Below, one piece after another: positions 52,796-62,867 of a DNA stretch of 64,000 nucleotides. The stretch is from an uncultured Gammaproteobacteria bacterium. Lineage in GTDB: Bacteria > Pseudomonadota > Gammaproteobacteria > Steroidobacterales > Rariloculaceae. Location of the stretch: positions 111,176 through 175,175 of the forward strand of contig CAWDUG010000010.1 of the NCBI GenBank assembly GCA_963805435.1, read 5' to 3'. A program made the position numbers and the translations under genes. Each line of letters opens with the position of its first letter. Within the stretch, counting starts at the first letter, position 1. The notes below the pieces were generated by a model, which had not been told where the DNA came from, did not search any database, and saw only the letters and a list, made by a program, of their open reading frames with translations.

Positions 52796-53755
52796 TCATT
52801 CCGATCCCGCCCTGTGCCAAGCCGCGCGCCAACTCTTCAATTTGCGTTTGATCCCAGCGGGAAGCATGGCAGCCAACCCGCGGTACGCTCCCGTACGCAG
52901 AGCAATCCGGCCTTTCAACGTGAGTGGTACGTAGTAACGCGGCAGAACAACTCGCTCAAACCCGCAGCGCCGTTTGAACTCTGCCAACGAGTCGTCGCCC
53001 CAGTACCAGTAAACGAGGTACTCGAATCCGTTCTTCGCACATACCTCGACAGCCTTCGCGATGAGCGCGTTGTTCGGCGCCTTGTCCCGATGATGTAGGC
53101 TCGACAGTATCTGACCGAGAAGCGCGAACCGGCCCGCGTCCCCCAGCATGACGAGGCCGACCATCTCTTCACCGATGTACGCACCGATCATGCGCTCGCG
53201 ATGCACGTAACGCGCAAACTGGCGTTTTACGGTTGCGAAGTCTTTACCGTAGTGCCAAAACTTGCGGCCCTGGCGGATTGGAGCTTCGTTGAAGATCGCC
53301 GTCATACCGCGGATGAACTCATCATCGTAGGCGGTTTCCTTGATCGATAGACCCGCCTTTTCAGACTTTCGGATCGTCGTTCGGATCCGGGACTTGATCT
53401 GTTGATTCCACCAATCCTCATACGAGGTAATCTTCAGCGCCGCGATCTCCTCCCAGTCTTGGTGGTACGCATACTTGGGCTGCGTATCGGGCAGTCGCTG
53501 CCAAAAGGTAAACAGATCTACGCCGAGACCCCGACTCGCCCGCAGAGCTTCGATCACCGCCTCGGGGTCGTTGACATCTTCGTACCACTCGTCCTCTAGA
53601 CGAGCCACATTGAGGACTCCGCCACTCAGTGCGAATGACTGCCCGCCTATCTCCACGCAGCGAACCTGAGCAGGCTGACCCTGGATGAGGGTATCCCGCA
53701 TGACGACCGATCCGGCCGCGATACTCTGCTCCACGCTACTGGACATCTGCTTCAT
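52796..53755 (-). CDS. GNAT/FemAB-like protein
   Basis: YEDWW...IRTTIRKSEKAGL, FNEAPIRQG..FWHY, NNALIAKAVE, LAEFKRRCGF, PRYY. Confidence 0.7.
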   Translation of the reverse strand: MKQMSSSVEQSIAAGSVVMRDTLIQGQPAQVRCVEIGGQSFALSGGVLNVARLEDEWYEDVNDPEAVIEALRASRGLGVDLFTFWQRLPDTQPKYAYHQDWEEIAALKITSYEDWWNQQIKSRIRTTIRKSEKAGLSIKETAYDDEFIRGMTAIFNEAPIRQGRKFWHYGKDFATVKRQFARYVHRERMIGAYIGEEMVGLVMLGDAGRFALLGQILSSLHHRDKAPNNALIAKAVEVCAKNGFEYLVYWYWGDDSLAEFKRRCGFERVVLPRYYVPLTLKGRIALRTGAYRGLAAMLPAGIKRKLKSWRAAWHRAGSE

Positions 53756-54641
53756 CCCGCCGCATCGCCTTGGATCGGCCACCAATCAGTTGCTTGAGGC
53801 GCGCCATCTGTTCTCCTCGATGGAAGCGCATGAGCTCCGCCGACACGGGGCGTTCCACACGCTGCAGCCAACACCAAAGATAGCCGGCGAGCAGCGCGAG
53901 TCCACCCACCACATATGGTCTCTGCGCCATCTGAAAGGCGCTCCTGAATAGCTGCCATAGCGGGTGACCGCCCAAGAAGTAGTCTTTCTTGCCGTAGTGA
54001 AACCGCGCGCCCAGCTCGGTCGTGCCGGCAGTACCCATCTTGCGGTGATGATTAAACTCCCGCTCGGAAAAAGAAAGCGTGATCCAACCCTTCATCCGTG
54101 CCGTGGTTACGGCAACCCAGTCGATGCCCCCGCCCTTGATCGGCACGTAGCCACCGATGTCGGCGAAGCACTCGCGGCGGAACATCTGGCATTGGCCGTT
54201 CACGTGCTGCACATTGATATAGCTGTCCTTGAAAGAGTGAAAGTCGCCCTCGACGTAGTGCGTCCCGGCCACGCCAAGCTTCGGCATCGAGGCGAACTTG
54301 CCTAGCAGATACTCGAAATAGTCTGGCCCGAAAGACACGTCACCATCGATGTTGCCAATCACGTCGAACTTAAGTTCCTTAACACGCGCGTACCCGGCAT
54401 TGAATGCATTGACCTTGGCTGCGAAATGACGCTCCTTGCGCGGAGGCAAGCGCACGAGTTCGAGCCAAGGGTGCGCCGGGAGATACTTCTCGACGATGGC
54501 GTCGGTGTCGTCCGTAGAGCCGTCGCTGACGATAATCCAACGTTTTGGCGGCACCGTCTGCGCAATCACAGATTTGATTGTCAGCTCGAGGTAATCCGCT
54601 TCGTTCCGTGCCGGCGTTATCAACACGTATTCCAGTGTCAT
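53736..54641 (-). CDS. GT2 family glycosyltransferase
   Basis: YVLITPARNEA, WIIVSDGSTDDT, NIDGD. Confidence 0.9.
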   Translation of the reverse strand: MTLEYVLITPARNEADYLELTIKSVIAQTVPPKRWIIVSDGSTDDTDAIVEKYLPAHPWLELVRLPPRKERHFAAKVNAFNAGYARVKELKFDVIGNIDGDVSFGPDYFEYLLGKFASMPKLGVAGTHYVEGDFHSFKDSYINVQHVNGQCQMFRRECFADIGGYVPIKGGGIDWVAVTTARMKGWITLSFSEREFNHHRKMGTAGTTELGARFHYGKKDYFLGGHPLWQLFRSAFQMAQRPYVVGGLALLAGYLWCWLQRVERPVSAELMRFHRGEQMARLKQLIGGRSKAMRRDEADVQ

Positions 54642-54651
54642 ATCTTTTGAC

Positions 54652-56547
54652 CTACGCCGCCGCGCGACCGCTGACATCTTGGTTCGAGCGTAGCCACTGC
54701 TCGAACACAATGAGACTGAAGAGCATTTTGTGATTATCGTGCCGGCCTGCGCGGTGCTCCTCGAGCATGCGCTGAACTACACGCGGCTCCAGGTACTGAT
54801 ACATCAGCGAGCCACCATCCACCAAGCACGCACCGAGGCCCTCGGTGAGGGACTCGTGGAACCATTGATCAACCACGTTCACTGCGAAACCTCGCTTCTT
54901 GCGTCGCAGGATCTCCGGCGGTAGGAACTTCTCGCATACCTTCCGATGCAACCACTTCCGTTGGCCGAAACGCACCTTGAAGTGAGCAGGCAAGCGTTGG
55001 GCGTACTCAATAACTTCCTTGTCGAGATACGGCACGCGCACTTCAAGACCATGAGCCATCGAGAGCTTATCCGAGAACATGAGGAGTTCGTCGGGCAGCG
55101 ACGAACGAACCTCCAGCACCTGGAAGCCGCCGAGTTCGTCGGTGTCCTGCATTTCGTACTCGAGGTCGCCCCACAGATCGACGATGACGTCGCCTGCGCC
55201 CTCGGGCAATAGGCTGCGCTTAAATAGGCTGTCCACGACGTCGCCAGGCATGATCGAGAACACGTTCTGGTAACGCTGCATTCGATCGTCGACGTTGAGC
55301 GAGTACACTCCGCGCTTGAGTGCCTCATTCCGAGATAGGCGTCCGATTCCGCTCGCGAGGCTTTGCCTGAGCCAGCCGGGCATGCCGCGCCAGAGAGCCC
55401 CGTACTGCACGCCGAGATGCCGAGTGTAGCCGCCAAAGAGCTCGTCGGGTCCCTGGCCGACCAGAGCGACCTTCACGTCCTGCCGGGCTCGTTGGCAAAC
55501 AAAATACATAGGTACGATGGAAGAGGATGCGATCGGCTCCTCGAGCGTCGCCACTATGCCGGGCAGCGCGCGCTCGAACATTGCTTTGTCGAGGTGCACG
55601 GACTCATTGCTAGCGCCGAAGATACGAGCACTGGCGGCAGCGTCGGCGAGTTCGTCGTCGTCGTACGCGGACTTTCCGTAGCCGACAGTGTAGGTGGGCC
55701 ACTTATCACCGTTGAGACCCATGAGCCCGAGGAGGAGCCCAGAATCCACGCCGCCACTCAGTAGAAGACCGACCGGCACATCGCTTAGCAAGTGGCGTTT
55801 CAGCGCGCGTTTGTAGATGTCGAGCAGTTCCTCGATCGCCTCGGCATCGGATTTCGGCGGCGTGAAAGGACGCGGCTGAAAACGATGCCAGCGTTCCACG
55901 CGAAAATCGCCATTCTCGAACACTGCCATGGTTCCAGGCGCGAGCTTGCGTACGCCTTCATACAGCGTAAGGGGCGATGGCGTGTACCGATACCGCAAGA
56001 ACAGATTGAGCGCGGTCATGTCCACGTTCGGGCGTCCTTGCGACGCCGCAAGCACAGCGCGCAGCTCCGACCCGAAAACGACCGTACCGTCGTCTACCTT
56101 ATAGTAGACGAGCTTTATACCCGCCGAATCGCGCGCGAGTGTCAGCCGTTTGCTCCGCTCGTCCCAGAGCGCGACGCCGAACATGCCGTTCAGGTGATTG
56201 AAAACGTCGAGCCCCCACTGCTTGTAGCCGTGGATGATGACTTCAGTGTCGGAGCGGGTCCGAAACACGTGACCGAAGCCCTCGAGCTCGCGGCGCAGTT
56301 CAGGAAAATTGTAGATCTCGCCGTTGAAGGCGACCCAGACCGTTTCCTCGACATCGGACATTGGCTGATGGCCGCCGGAGAGATCGATAATGGATAGGCG
56401 CCGAAAACCAAGCCCCAATCCGCCAGACAGGTAATACCCCTCGTCATCCGGACCACGATGGGCGATTGCATCCGCCATGGCCTTGATGCGCTCTCTGGAG
56501 ACGGGCGCGTAATCCCGGAAGTTGTACTGACCGCAAATGCCGCACAT
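54652..56547 (-). CDS. asnB: Asparagine synthase (glutamine-hydrolysing)-like amidotransferase
   Basis: MCGICG, HRGPDD, RRLSIID, FNGEIYN, SDTEV, LSGGVDS, GQGPDELFGGY, EVRVPYLD, KKRGF. Confidence 0.9.
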   Translation of the reverse strand: MCGICGQYNFRDYAPVSRERIKAMADAIAHRGPDDEGYYLSGGLGLGFRRLSIIDLSGGHQPMSDVEETVWVAFNGEIYNFPELRRELEGFGHVFRTRSDTEVIIHGYKQWGLDVFNHLNGMFGVALWDERSKRLTLARDSAGIKLVYYKVDDGTVVFGSELRAVLAASQGRPNVDMTALNLFLRYRYTPSPLTLYEGVRKLAPGTMAVFENGDFRVERWHRFQPRPFTPPKSDAEAIEELLDIYKRALKRHLLSDVPVGLLLSGGVDSGLLLGLMGLNGDKWPTYTVGYGKSAYDDDELADAAASARIFGASNESVHLDKAMFERALPGIVATLEEPIASSSIVPMYFVCQRARQDVKVALVGQGPDELFGGYTRHLGVQYGALWRGMPGWLRQSLASGIGRLSRNEALKRGVYSLNVDDRMQRYQNVFSIMPGDVVDSLFKRSLLPEGAGDVIVDLWGDLEYEMQDTDELGGFQVLEVRSSLPDELLMFSDKLSMAHGLEVRVPYLDKEVIEYAQRLPAHFKVRFGQRKWLHRKVCEKFLPPEILRRKKRGFAVNVVDQWFHESLTEGLGACLVDGGSLMYQYLEPRVVQRMLEEHRAGRHDNHKMLFSLIVFEQWLRSNQDVSGRAAA

Positions 56548-56567
56548 TTCTAGCAACGTCTCCCGGA

Positions 56568-57914
56568 TCAGTGGACAGGGCTGCGTTCGGCGGTTTCGGG
56601 GTTCGCGGGCAATGACAGGCAGAGGCTGCGAAACAGCTGCGCCTGCGCCCAGCGATGCATCGGAACGTTATCCCAGCTGAATATAAGCTGCCTCGATCTG
56701 AACGAGCCGTCCCGCTTCTGCCAATTCTCGATAACGTCGCTAAGAGTCGATTCGAGACGCTGATCCAGCATGGGGAACCTACCCCGCAACAAGCCGCCGA
56801 TATTGATGCATTCGGCGTAATCGTAGAGTTCTCGACGATACACGGTGAGACGAGGAGCGCTGGCGAACGGCTTCGGCAGCCCAGTCTCGTCGAACAGGTT
56901 ATGCACGTAGTATTCGACTCCAGCGCCGATGGCTCGCGTGCAACCCGTGTGAGGCGTCAGCTGTTCGATTTTCGACAACGCCTTGAGCACAAAGCAGGTG
57001 TGGAAGTGGTCGACGAAGTCTCTTACGCCGTCAGCGGCGTAGAACCAGGAGCCATTGGGCTGCTGGCAGCCAAGTACAAAGTTCAAATTGCGTACCGCTA
57101 CGGAACGATAGTCTTCGCGACGGAACTGCTGTGAAGCGGCCATGAGAAGGAACGCGCGGTAAGCGCTGGCATTGACTACCACACCCTGCGCATCGAAAGG
57201 GTTGTAGCCCGCCGCAGCAGAATCTGCCGAGACTTCGCGATCCTTGATGTCGAGAAACGCGTGCTCGGCGATCGACTGCATGATTTCGAGCCAGCGCGGA
57301 TCTCCATCGATCTGATACACCGCCAAGAATGCCTCGTAGACGTACGGAGTCGTGGTGATGAGGGGCGTATCCTTCGCCATCACGCCGGTACGCGTCACCC
57401 AGTCGAATGGGTAACCCCAGCAGTAGCGTTCATATCCGGGACAACGCGACTGCACCAGGGCTTCGAGAAATTCCACGGCCTTATCGTGGTAGCGCGTCTC
57501 ACCCGTCACCATCGCCAGCCGCGCAAACCCCATCGCGTAGTGCGCATCAGCGATTGGAAATCTCAATTTCGAGCCGAAAAGACGACGCGCCGATGGCAAA
57601 AATGCCTCGCTAAGGATCATCGGCGCCACGGCGAGCGTGCCAAGGGCGCGATGGCGGTAGTAAAGCGATTTGGCCCGTCCGCCTAGGGGGCCAGAAAAAT
57701 AGCTCTGGTGGTCGTACGAGGTACTCCCGTAAGACTCCAGCCAATCAACGAATCGGTCGATGGCTGCAGGCAGCCTGGCGAGGTATCGATCGTCCAACTC
57801 TTTGTTCCGTCTGTCAGTAGCGCTGACCGATGCTATCAGGAGAAGGCAGTCACTCGCCGTGACAGCGGCCACAGACGTAGTTTCCCGTATCCGGGCATGA
57901 CAACGAGAGCGCAC
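56568..57914 (-). CDS. Conserved EPS-locus protein, probable (alpha/alpha)6-barrel fold
   Basis: WGYPFDW, P.ITTT, V.NASA, QQPNGSW.Y, VDHFHTCF, QKRDGSF and RWAQAQ repeats resemble prenyltransferase/six-hairpin repeats. Start uncertain. Confidence 0.6.
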   Translation of the reverse strand: MRSRCHARIRETTSVAAVTASDCLLLIASVSATDRRNKELDDRYLARLPAAIDRFVDWLESYGSTSYDHQSYFSGPLGGRAKSLYYRHRALGTLAVAPMILSEAFLPSARRLFGSKLRFPIADAHYAMGFARLAMVTGETRYHDKAVEFLEALVQSRCPGYERYCWGYPFDWVTRTGVMAKDTPLITTTPYVYEAFLAVYQIDGDPRWLEIMQSIAEHAFLDIKDREVSADSAAAGYNPFDAQGVVVNASAYRAFLLMAASQQFRREDYRSVAVRNLNFVLGCQQPNGSWFYAADGVRDFVDHFHTCFVLKALSKIEQLTPHTGCTRAIGAGVEYYVHNLFDETGLPKPFASAPRLTVYRRELYDYAECINIGGLLRGRFPMLDQRLESTLSDVIENWQKRDGSFRSRQLIFSWDNVPMHRWAQAQLFRSLCLSLPANPETAERSPVH

Positions 57915-57956
57915 GCGATCTCAAGAACCCGCGCCAACAGTCGCGCGGACGCCGTA

Positions 57957-59132
57957 TCAGGTCGCCCCATCGCGCCGCAGCACGACTTTCACCGTCTTCA
58001 GCAGGATCTTGATGTCGAGCCACAAAGAGCAGTTACGGATATAGCGCAGGTCCAAACGCACCATTTCGTCGAAGGAAGTGGCGCTTCGGCCTTCCACCTG
58101 CCACAGCCCCGTAATCCCGGGCCGGATCTGTAGCATGCGTCGCAAATGCCACGACTGATACTTCTCGGCTTCGTAAGGCAGCGGTGGCCGCGGTCCGACG
58201 AGGCTCATGTCGCCCTTCAGCACATTGAACAGCTGCGGCAGTTCATCGAGGCTAGTCTTGCGAATGATTCGCCCAACGCCGGTGACACGCGGGTCCGCCG
58301 TCATCTTGTAGAGCGGGCGATCCTGGTCGCCCTGATTGACTTGATCCAATTTCCCCTCGATGAGGTTGGCGACGTATTCGCGGTGTATGCGGTCGTCCGC
58401 ATCGGTTCTCATGGAGCGAAACTTATAGAAAACGAAAGGCACGCTACCCTTGCCAAGGCGCCTCTGCTTGAAGATCACCGATCCCGGTGAGGACAGCGCG
58501 ATTGCGATGACAATCGCAATCATGATGGGCGAGAACACCAGGATCGCGGTGAGCGAGCCCAAAATATCCAAGCCCCGTTTGACGCACGCGCCCGTCCGAC
58601 TAAGCTCCGTCTTCTCATCGAACAGGTACGCTAAGGTGTCAGACACGTCGCGCGAGTCGCTCAACAGACTGTCGAAAAGGTGATCCGGGTACGTAGCGGA
58701 CGCGATCGAGATAGGCAGATGCGCCGTCCGCTTGACGACACTATTGATGAACGCCTCGACACCTTTCTCGTTTGTATGCGGGAGCAGTAACCCGAGACGG
58801 TCTTTGCCGACGTGGCCGAGCATATCCGTCTCGCGTTTGCCCTTGGCCAGCAGGCCTAGTATCTCGTCCAGCGACGCTACCCCGCCGCCGCGGTCAGTGT
58901 CTAGACGAACCAGAACGAGTGAGAGGGGAGACTTAGTGCGGTCCGTACGCCGCTTCTCGATCTGCAGCTGCTTCTCAAACTGCCGCAGCGAGAGTATTTC
59001 TGACTGGGGCTCGTCGTCTGCGGGCTGGGAGCTATTTGATCTGGAAGAACCAGGGCTTAGATCTCTCGTGCGACTCGGAACCTCGCGCAATCGCCCGGCC
59101 CCGGCCACTGGCTCGTTTGTTGCCTTCACCAT
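57957..59132 (-). CDS. Priming phosphoglycosyltransferase (sugar transferase) with an N-terminal degenerate GGDEF-like domain
   Basis: C-terminal [51 protein letters not shown]-terminal [19 protein letters not shown]...[22 protein letters not shown]...SIASATYP. Confidence 0.88.
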   Translation of the reverse strand: MVKATNEPVAGAGRLREVPSRTRDLSPGSSRSNSSQPADDEPQSEILSLRQFEKQLQIEKRRTDRTKSPLSLVLVRLDTDRGGGVASLDEILGLLAKGKRETDMLGHVGKDRLGLLLPHTNEKGVEAFINSVVKRTAHLPISIASATYPDHLFDSLLSDSRDVSDTLAYLFDEKTELSRTGACVKRGLDILGSLTAILVFSPIMIAIVIAIALSSPGSVIFKQRRLGKGSVPFVFYKFRSMRTDADDRIHREYVANLIEGKLDQVNQGDQDRPLYKMTADPRVTGVGRIIRKTSLDELPQLFNVLKGDMSLVGPRPPLPYEAEKYQSWHLRRMLQIRPGITGLWQVEGRSATSFDEMVRLDLRYIRNCSLWLDIKILLKTVKVVLRRDGAT

Positions 59133-59291
59133 GGCGCAGAACTCATGCTTTGCCCGGAATCTCGAACGAGCTTGACCGATACACTTTCGGTTCGCACTCA
59201 CGCCGTCGTGGGCTAACCCTGTCGCAGTAATTTCTGGGACGCATTCCCCCGGGTCTGCATCCAATATTAGAAGTATACCCCGACTGAACAA

Positions 59292-59308
59292 AGCAACACC
59301 GGGACCTA
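59292..59308 (-). promoter_or_regulatory. Candidate sigma-54 promoter of the sugar-transferase operon
   Basis: Minus strand TAGGTCCCGGTGTTGCT (GG-N10-GC) followed by TTGTTCAG, the same downstream context as the PEP-CTERM promoter. Confidence 0.5.
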
Positions 59309-59570
59309 GCGCCCATTCTTAGAGCCTTACTGTTACAGGCCCTGGGGAAGTGAGGATCCGTACGCATGGCTGAAATCACGATCACGCCAGTGGCTTCGCC
59401 GGGCTCGCGTGTCCCAACTGCGCCCCAAAATCGCCCGCGACGTCTATAGCTGCTGCCTTATGTGACATCGACCAGAGAACCAAGCGACGTCTACTTAAGC
59501 ACACCGCAACGAGATTGCGATTCGACTGGTCGAACCAGGCAAGTCGAATCAGAACGCCTACCGCATGTCG

Positions 59571-60536
59571 TTAGGCGGTAGCCACGTGTTCGCGCAGGTG
59601 TGCGTCAAAGTACGCTATCGTCCTGGCTAAACCCTCCTCCACCTCGACTGTTGGCTTCCAGCCGAGTCGTTCGCGGGCCATCGTAATGTCCGGCCGACGG
59701 CGTTTTGGATCATCCGCTGGAAGGTTCTTGTACACGAGCTTCGATTTCGAGTTGGCGAGACGCATGACGCGCTCCGCCAATTCCAACATCGTGAACTCAA
59801 CAGGGTTACCAAGATTTATCGGGCCGGTGACGTCGTCTGAAGTGTTCATCAACCGAATAAGACCGTCCACCAGATCGTCGACGTAGCAGAACGACCGGGT
59901 TTGCGAGCCATCGCCATAAATGGTGATGGGCTCACCCTTGAGCGCCTGAACAATGAAGTTCGAGACCACCCGACCGTCATTTGGATGCATGCGTGGGCCG
60001 TAAGTGTTGAAGATCCGTGCAACTTTTATCCGTAACCGCGCTTGACGATGGTAATCGAAGAAAAGCGTCTCTGCGCAACGCTTACCCTCATCGTAGCAAG
60101 CCCGCGGACCGAGTGGATTGACGTTTCCCCAATAACTCTCAACCTGAGGGTGAATTTCCGGATCACCATACACTTCGGACGTGGATGCTTGAAGAATGCG
60201 TGCCTTGACCCTCTTGGCCAGACCGAGCATGTTGATCGCACCATGTACGTTGACTTTCGTCGTCTGAATCGGATCGTTTTGATAGTGGATCGGCGACGCT
60301 GGGCACGCAAGGTTATAGATTTCATCCACCTCCACGTAGAGCGGAAAACACACGTCGTGCCGCATCGTCTCGAAGTTCGGGTTGTCGAGCAGGTGGGCAA
60401 TGTTTCGCTTGGAGCCGGTGTAGTAGTTGTCCACCAGCAAAACTTCGTGTTGCTCGGCAAGCAATCGCTCACATAGGTGTGAGCCGATGAAGCCAGCGCC
60501 GCCGGTGACTAAGATCCGGCGCCGATCGTTTTGCAT
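59571..60536 (-). CDS. UDP-glucuronate decarboxylase (UDP-xylose synthase)
   Basis: [75 protein letters not shown]. Confidence 0.94.
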   Translation of the reverse strand: MQNDRRRILVTGGAGFIGSHLCERLLAEQHEVLLVDNYYTGSKRNIAHLLDNPNFETMRHDVCFPLYVEVDEIYNLACPASPIHYQNDPIQTTKVNVHGAINMLGLAKRVKARILQASTSEVYGDPEIHPQVESYWGNVNPLGPRACYDEGKRCAETLFFDYHRQARLRIKVARIFNTYGPRMHPNDGRVVSNFIVQALKGEPITIYGDGSQTRSFCYVDDLVDGLIRLMNTSDDVTGPINLGNPVEFTMLELAERVMRLANSKSKLVYKNLPADDPKRRRPDITMARERLGWKPTVEVEEGLARTIAYFDAHLREHVATA

Positions 60537-60608
60537 ATCTGTACTCCCGTCATGTTTGTGTTCTCCAGGCCACCAAGGACCAGCCCAATCCACGGCGCGC
60601 GAAGCGCC

Positions 60609-61667
60609 CTAACCATCCACCGCCGATAAGTGCGGGGATATAGATCCAGGGGCGATGTGCCAGGAAAGCTTGTCCAAAGCGCTGCTCACGCGAGACCTGT
60701 AGTAAGGCAAAGCAAGCTGGCACCTCCAGGCACGGGCAGGTCCGACAAGCGGGCCGAGCCAGCGGTATTTCCACCGCAACCGAGGAGGCTCGAACTCCCC
60801 TCCAAGCGATCGCGACATGGCGGCCAAATCATCGAAGATATCCTTCCGTCCCGGATGAAAGGCCTTCGACCAGGTGTGGATGTACCGCAGTAGCGCCGCG
60901 CGAACGCGCGCACTGTCCTCAAGGGACAACAAGTACCCCACATGCAGCTTCATCGACAGCAGCATGGCATCCATCTTACGGTCCGAGCCGCCGATGTAAC
61001 TCAGCCGGCGCGATGGTACCACTCGATAGTAAACGCGTGACTCCGGCACGAACCGCGTGCCATGGCTGTTCATGAGCACGCGAGAGAAGTACTCCCCGTC
61101 GTCATCGCTCAACATCCGCGTATCCCAAGCGCCAGCGGCCTGTGCGAGCTCGCGACTCGTCAACCAAGTAGCTGTCTGCTGATGTAGGTTCTCGGTGAAT
61201 TTGTGAACCATCCAGTCCACAGGGCTCAAGTCGCGCCACAATGAAGTCGGCACGAAACGCGCCGTCTGCGGGCGGAACGAAAAATACGCCCAAGGGCACG
61301 AAAGCAACGTCCGCCTGTCGTGGGGATCCGCAAGAGCTCGTAACTGCCGCTCGACCTTTCCCGGTGAAAGCAGATCGTCCGCGTCCAGCCACTGAATAAA
61401 GTCACCCTGCGAGAGCTCCATTGCTCGATTTCGAGTGGCAGCAGCGCCCTCGTTGTCTTTAGTGATGACTTTGAGCTCTGCGGACTCGAATTGCCGCACG
61501 ATAGCAACGGTATCATCCGTCGACCCGTCGTCGACCACCAAAATCTCTTTCCGCTTCCACGTCTGGGCGAGAGCGGAACGAACGGTATCTGCTATCCAAG
61601 GACCTGCATTGAACGCCGGTATCAAGATCGATACCAGGGGGGCTGCGGCTGAGCTATTCGCGTTCAT
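60609..61667 (-). CDS. GT2 family glycosyltransferase
   Basis: VSILIPAFN, VVDDGSTDDT, RNRA, WLDADD. Confidence 0.9.
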   Translation of the reverse strand: MNANSSAAAPLVSILIPAFNAGPWIADTVRSALAQTWKRKEILVVDDGSTDDTVAIVRQFESAELKVITKDNEGAAATRNRAMELSQGDFIQWLDADDLLSPGKVERQLRALADPHDRRTLLSCPWAYFSFRPQTARFVPTSLWRDLSPVDWMVHKFTENLHQQTATWLTSRELAQAAGAWDTRMLSDDDGEYFSRVLMNSHGTRFVPESRVYYRVVPSRRLSYIGGSDRKMDAMLLSMKLHVGYLLSLEDSARVRAALLRYIHTWSKAFHPGRKDIFDDLAAMSRSLGGEFEPPRLRWKYRWLGPLVGPARAWRCQLALPYYRSRVSSALDKLSWHIAPGSISPHLSAVDG

Positions 61668-61827
61668 GGCACCACATCACTAGCGGAAGGGAAGGAAGCG
61701 GCGCAAACCAGCGCGTGCGGCTGTTGCACTTTGGATTCGCACGCAATCTCCGTCAGTGGAACCTTGAGCGCCTCTCGTTGTGCGCACGGTTTGCCTCGCT
61801 GTGTAAGAACCATGAGCATCTCTACAC

Positions 61828-62808
61828 TCATGAGCGGCGGAGAACTTTCTTCAGCGCCTGTTCCGGGCTCTTAAGCTCCCTAAAGCCCTTTGTCATCAAC
61901 GCCGCTGCAAGTCTCGGAACGGTAATCGGATAACCCAGTTCATCGAGCCTGCTTCTATGATAATCCCAGAATTTGTCCCCTCGTGCTCTGAAGAGATTAA
62001 CGGCCAGAAACTCGTAGTAGCTCTTCACCGTCTCTCTTAGTTTGACGTCGAATTCTGGTTTGCTGAGATAGAGAGGTCCATACGTTATGACGTCATCCAA
62101 ATATGCAGACGAATAGCGATTAAGATCTCCCGAAGCCGAGCTCTGGGTACCGCCATGAATTCGCTCGTACGAAAGCACGTCGTACACGAAGCCGAAATCA
62201 CTTCTCTGCAACTGCTCGAAACACGCGCTCGTATCGGCGTGCGGAGAGGGGTTCGGATAGAACGCCGCACTATTTCTGATGATATCTGCTCGATATAGAA
62301 GCGACGTTGGAGTCCCAAACCCGAATGTCGGGTCGTTCTCTAAGAATATTCTTCGACAGATCTCCTGGCCGGAGAAGACTGCCTTGGGGTACGGGAAGCC
62401 TTGCCACTTGATGTAGCTCCCCGAAAGTTGATACGCGCCGATGATGCCGACAGAAGGATTGGCCTCGCCAAACTCAACCATTCGCGTTAAGCAATCCGGG
62501 AAGATGTGATCGTCGGCCGACACGACTTTGCAGTATTTCGCGCGCGCAGAAATCTGTTTGAACGCCGAATTGTGGTTCTCGATCACTCCAACGAACGTTG
62601 CGTTGTTATGCACTCGGATCCGCGCGTCTTGTTGCGCGTACTGCTGAGCTATCTCCAGCGATTGGTCAGTGCTGCAGTTGTTGACGATAATGTATTCGAA
62701 GTTTTCGTACGTTTGTCTCAGAACGCTCTCGATGCAATCCGCCAGAAATGCGCCCATGTTGTACACGGGAGTAACGACACTGACCAAAGGTTTCGAGGCA
62801 ATATCCAT
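61828..62808 (-). CDS. GT2 family glycosyltransferase
   Basis: VSVVTPVYN, SVLRQTY, VNNCSTD, SADD. Confidence 0.9.
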   Translation of the reverse strand: MDIASKPLVSVVTPVYNMGAFLADCIESVLRQTYENFEYIIVNNCSTDQSLEIAQQYAQQDARIRVHNNATFVGVIENHNSAFKQISARAKYCKVVSADDHIFPDCLTRMVEFGEANPSVGIIGAYQLSGSYIKWQGFPYPKAVFSGQEICRRIFLENDPTFGFGTPTSLLYRADIIRNSAAFYPNPSPHADTSACFEQLQRSDFGFVYDVLSYERIHGGTQSSASGDLNRYSSAYLDDVITYGPLYLSKPEFDVKLRETVKSYYEFLAVNLFRARGDKFWDYHRSRLDELGYPITVPRLAAALMTKGFRELKSPEQALKKVLRRS

Positions 62809-62867
62809 GTCTCTTCGTCCCTATCGAAACTCGCGATCACGCCGTCGACTCAGGAGACCCGCCGCAC

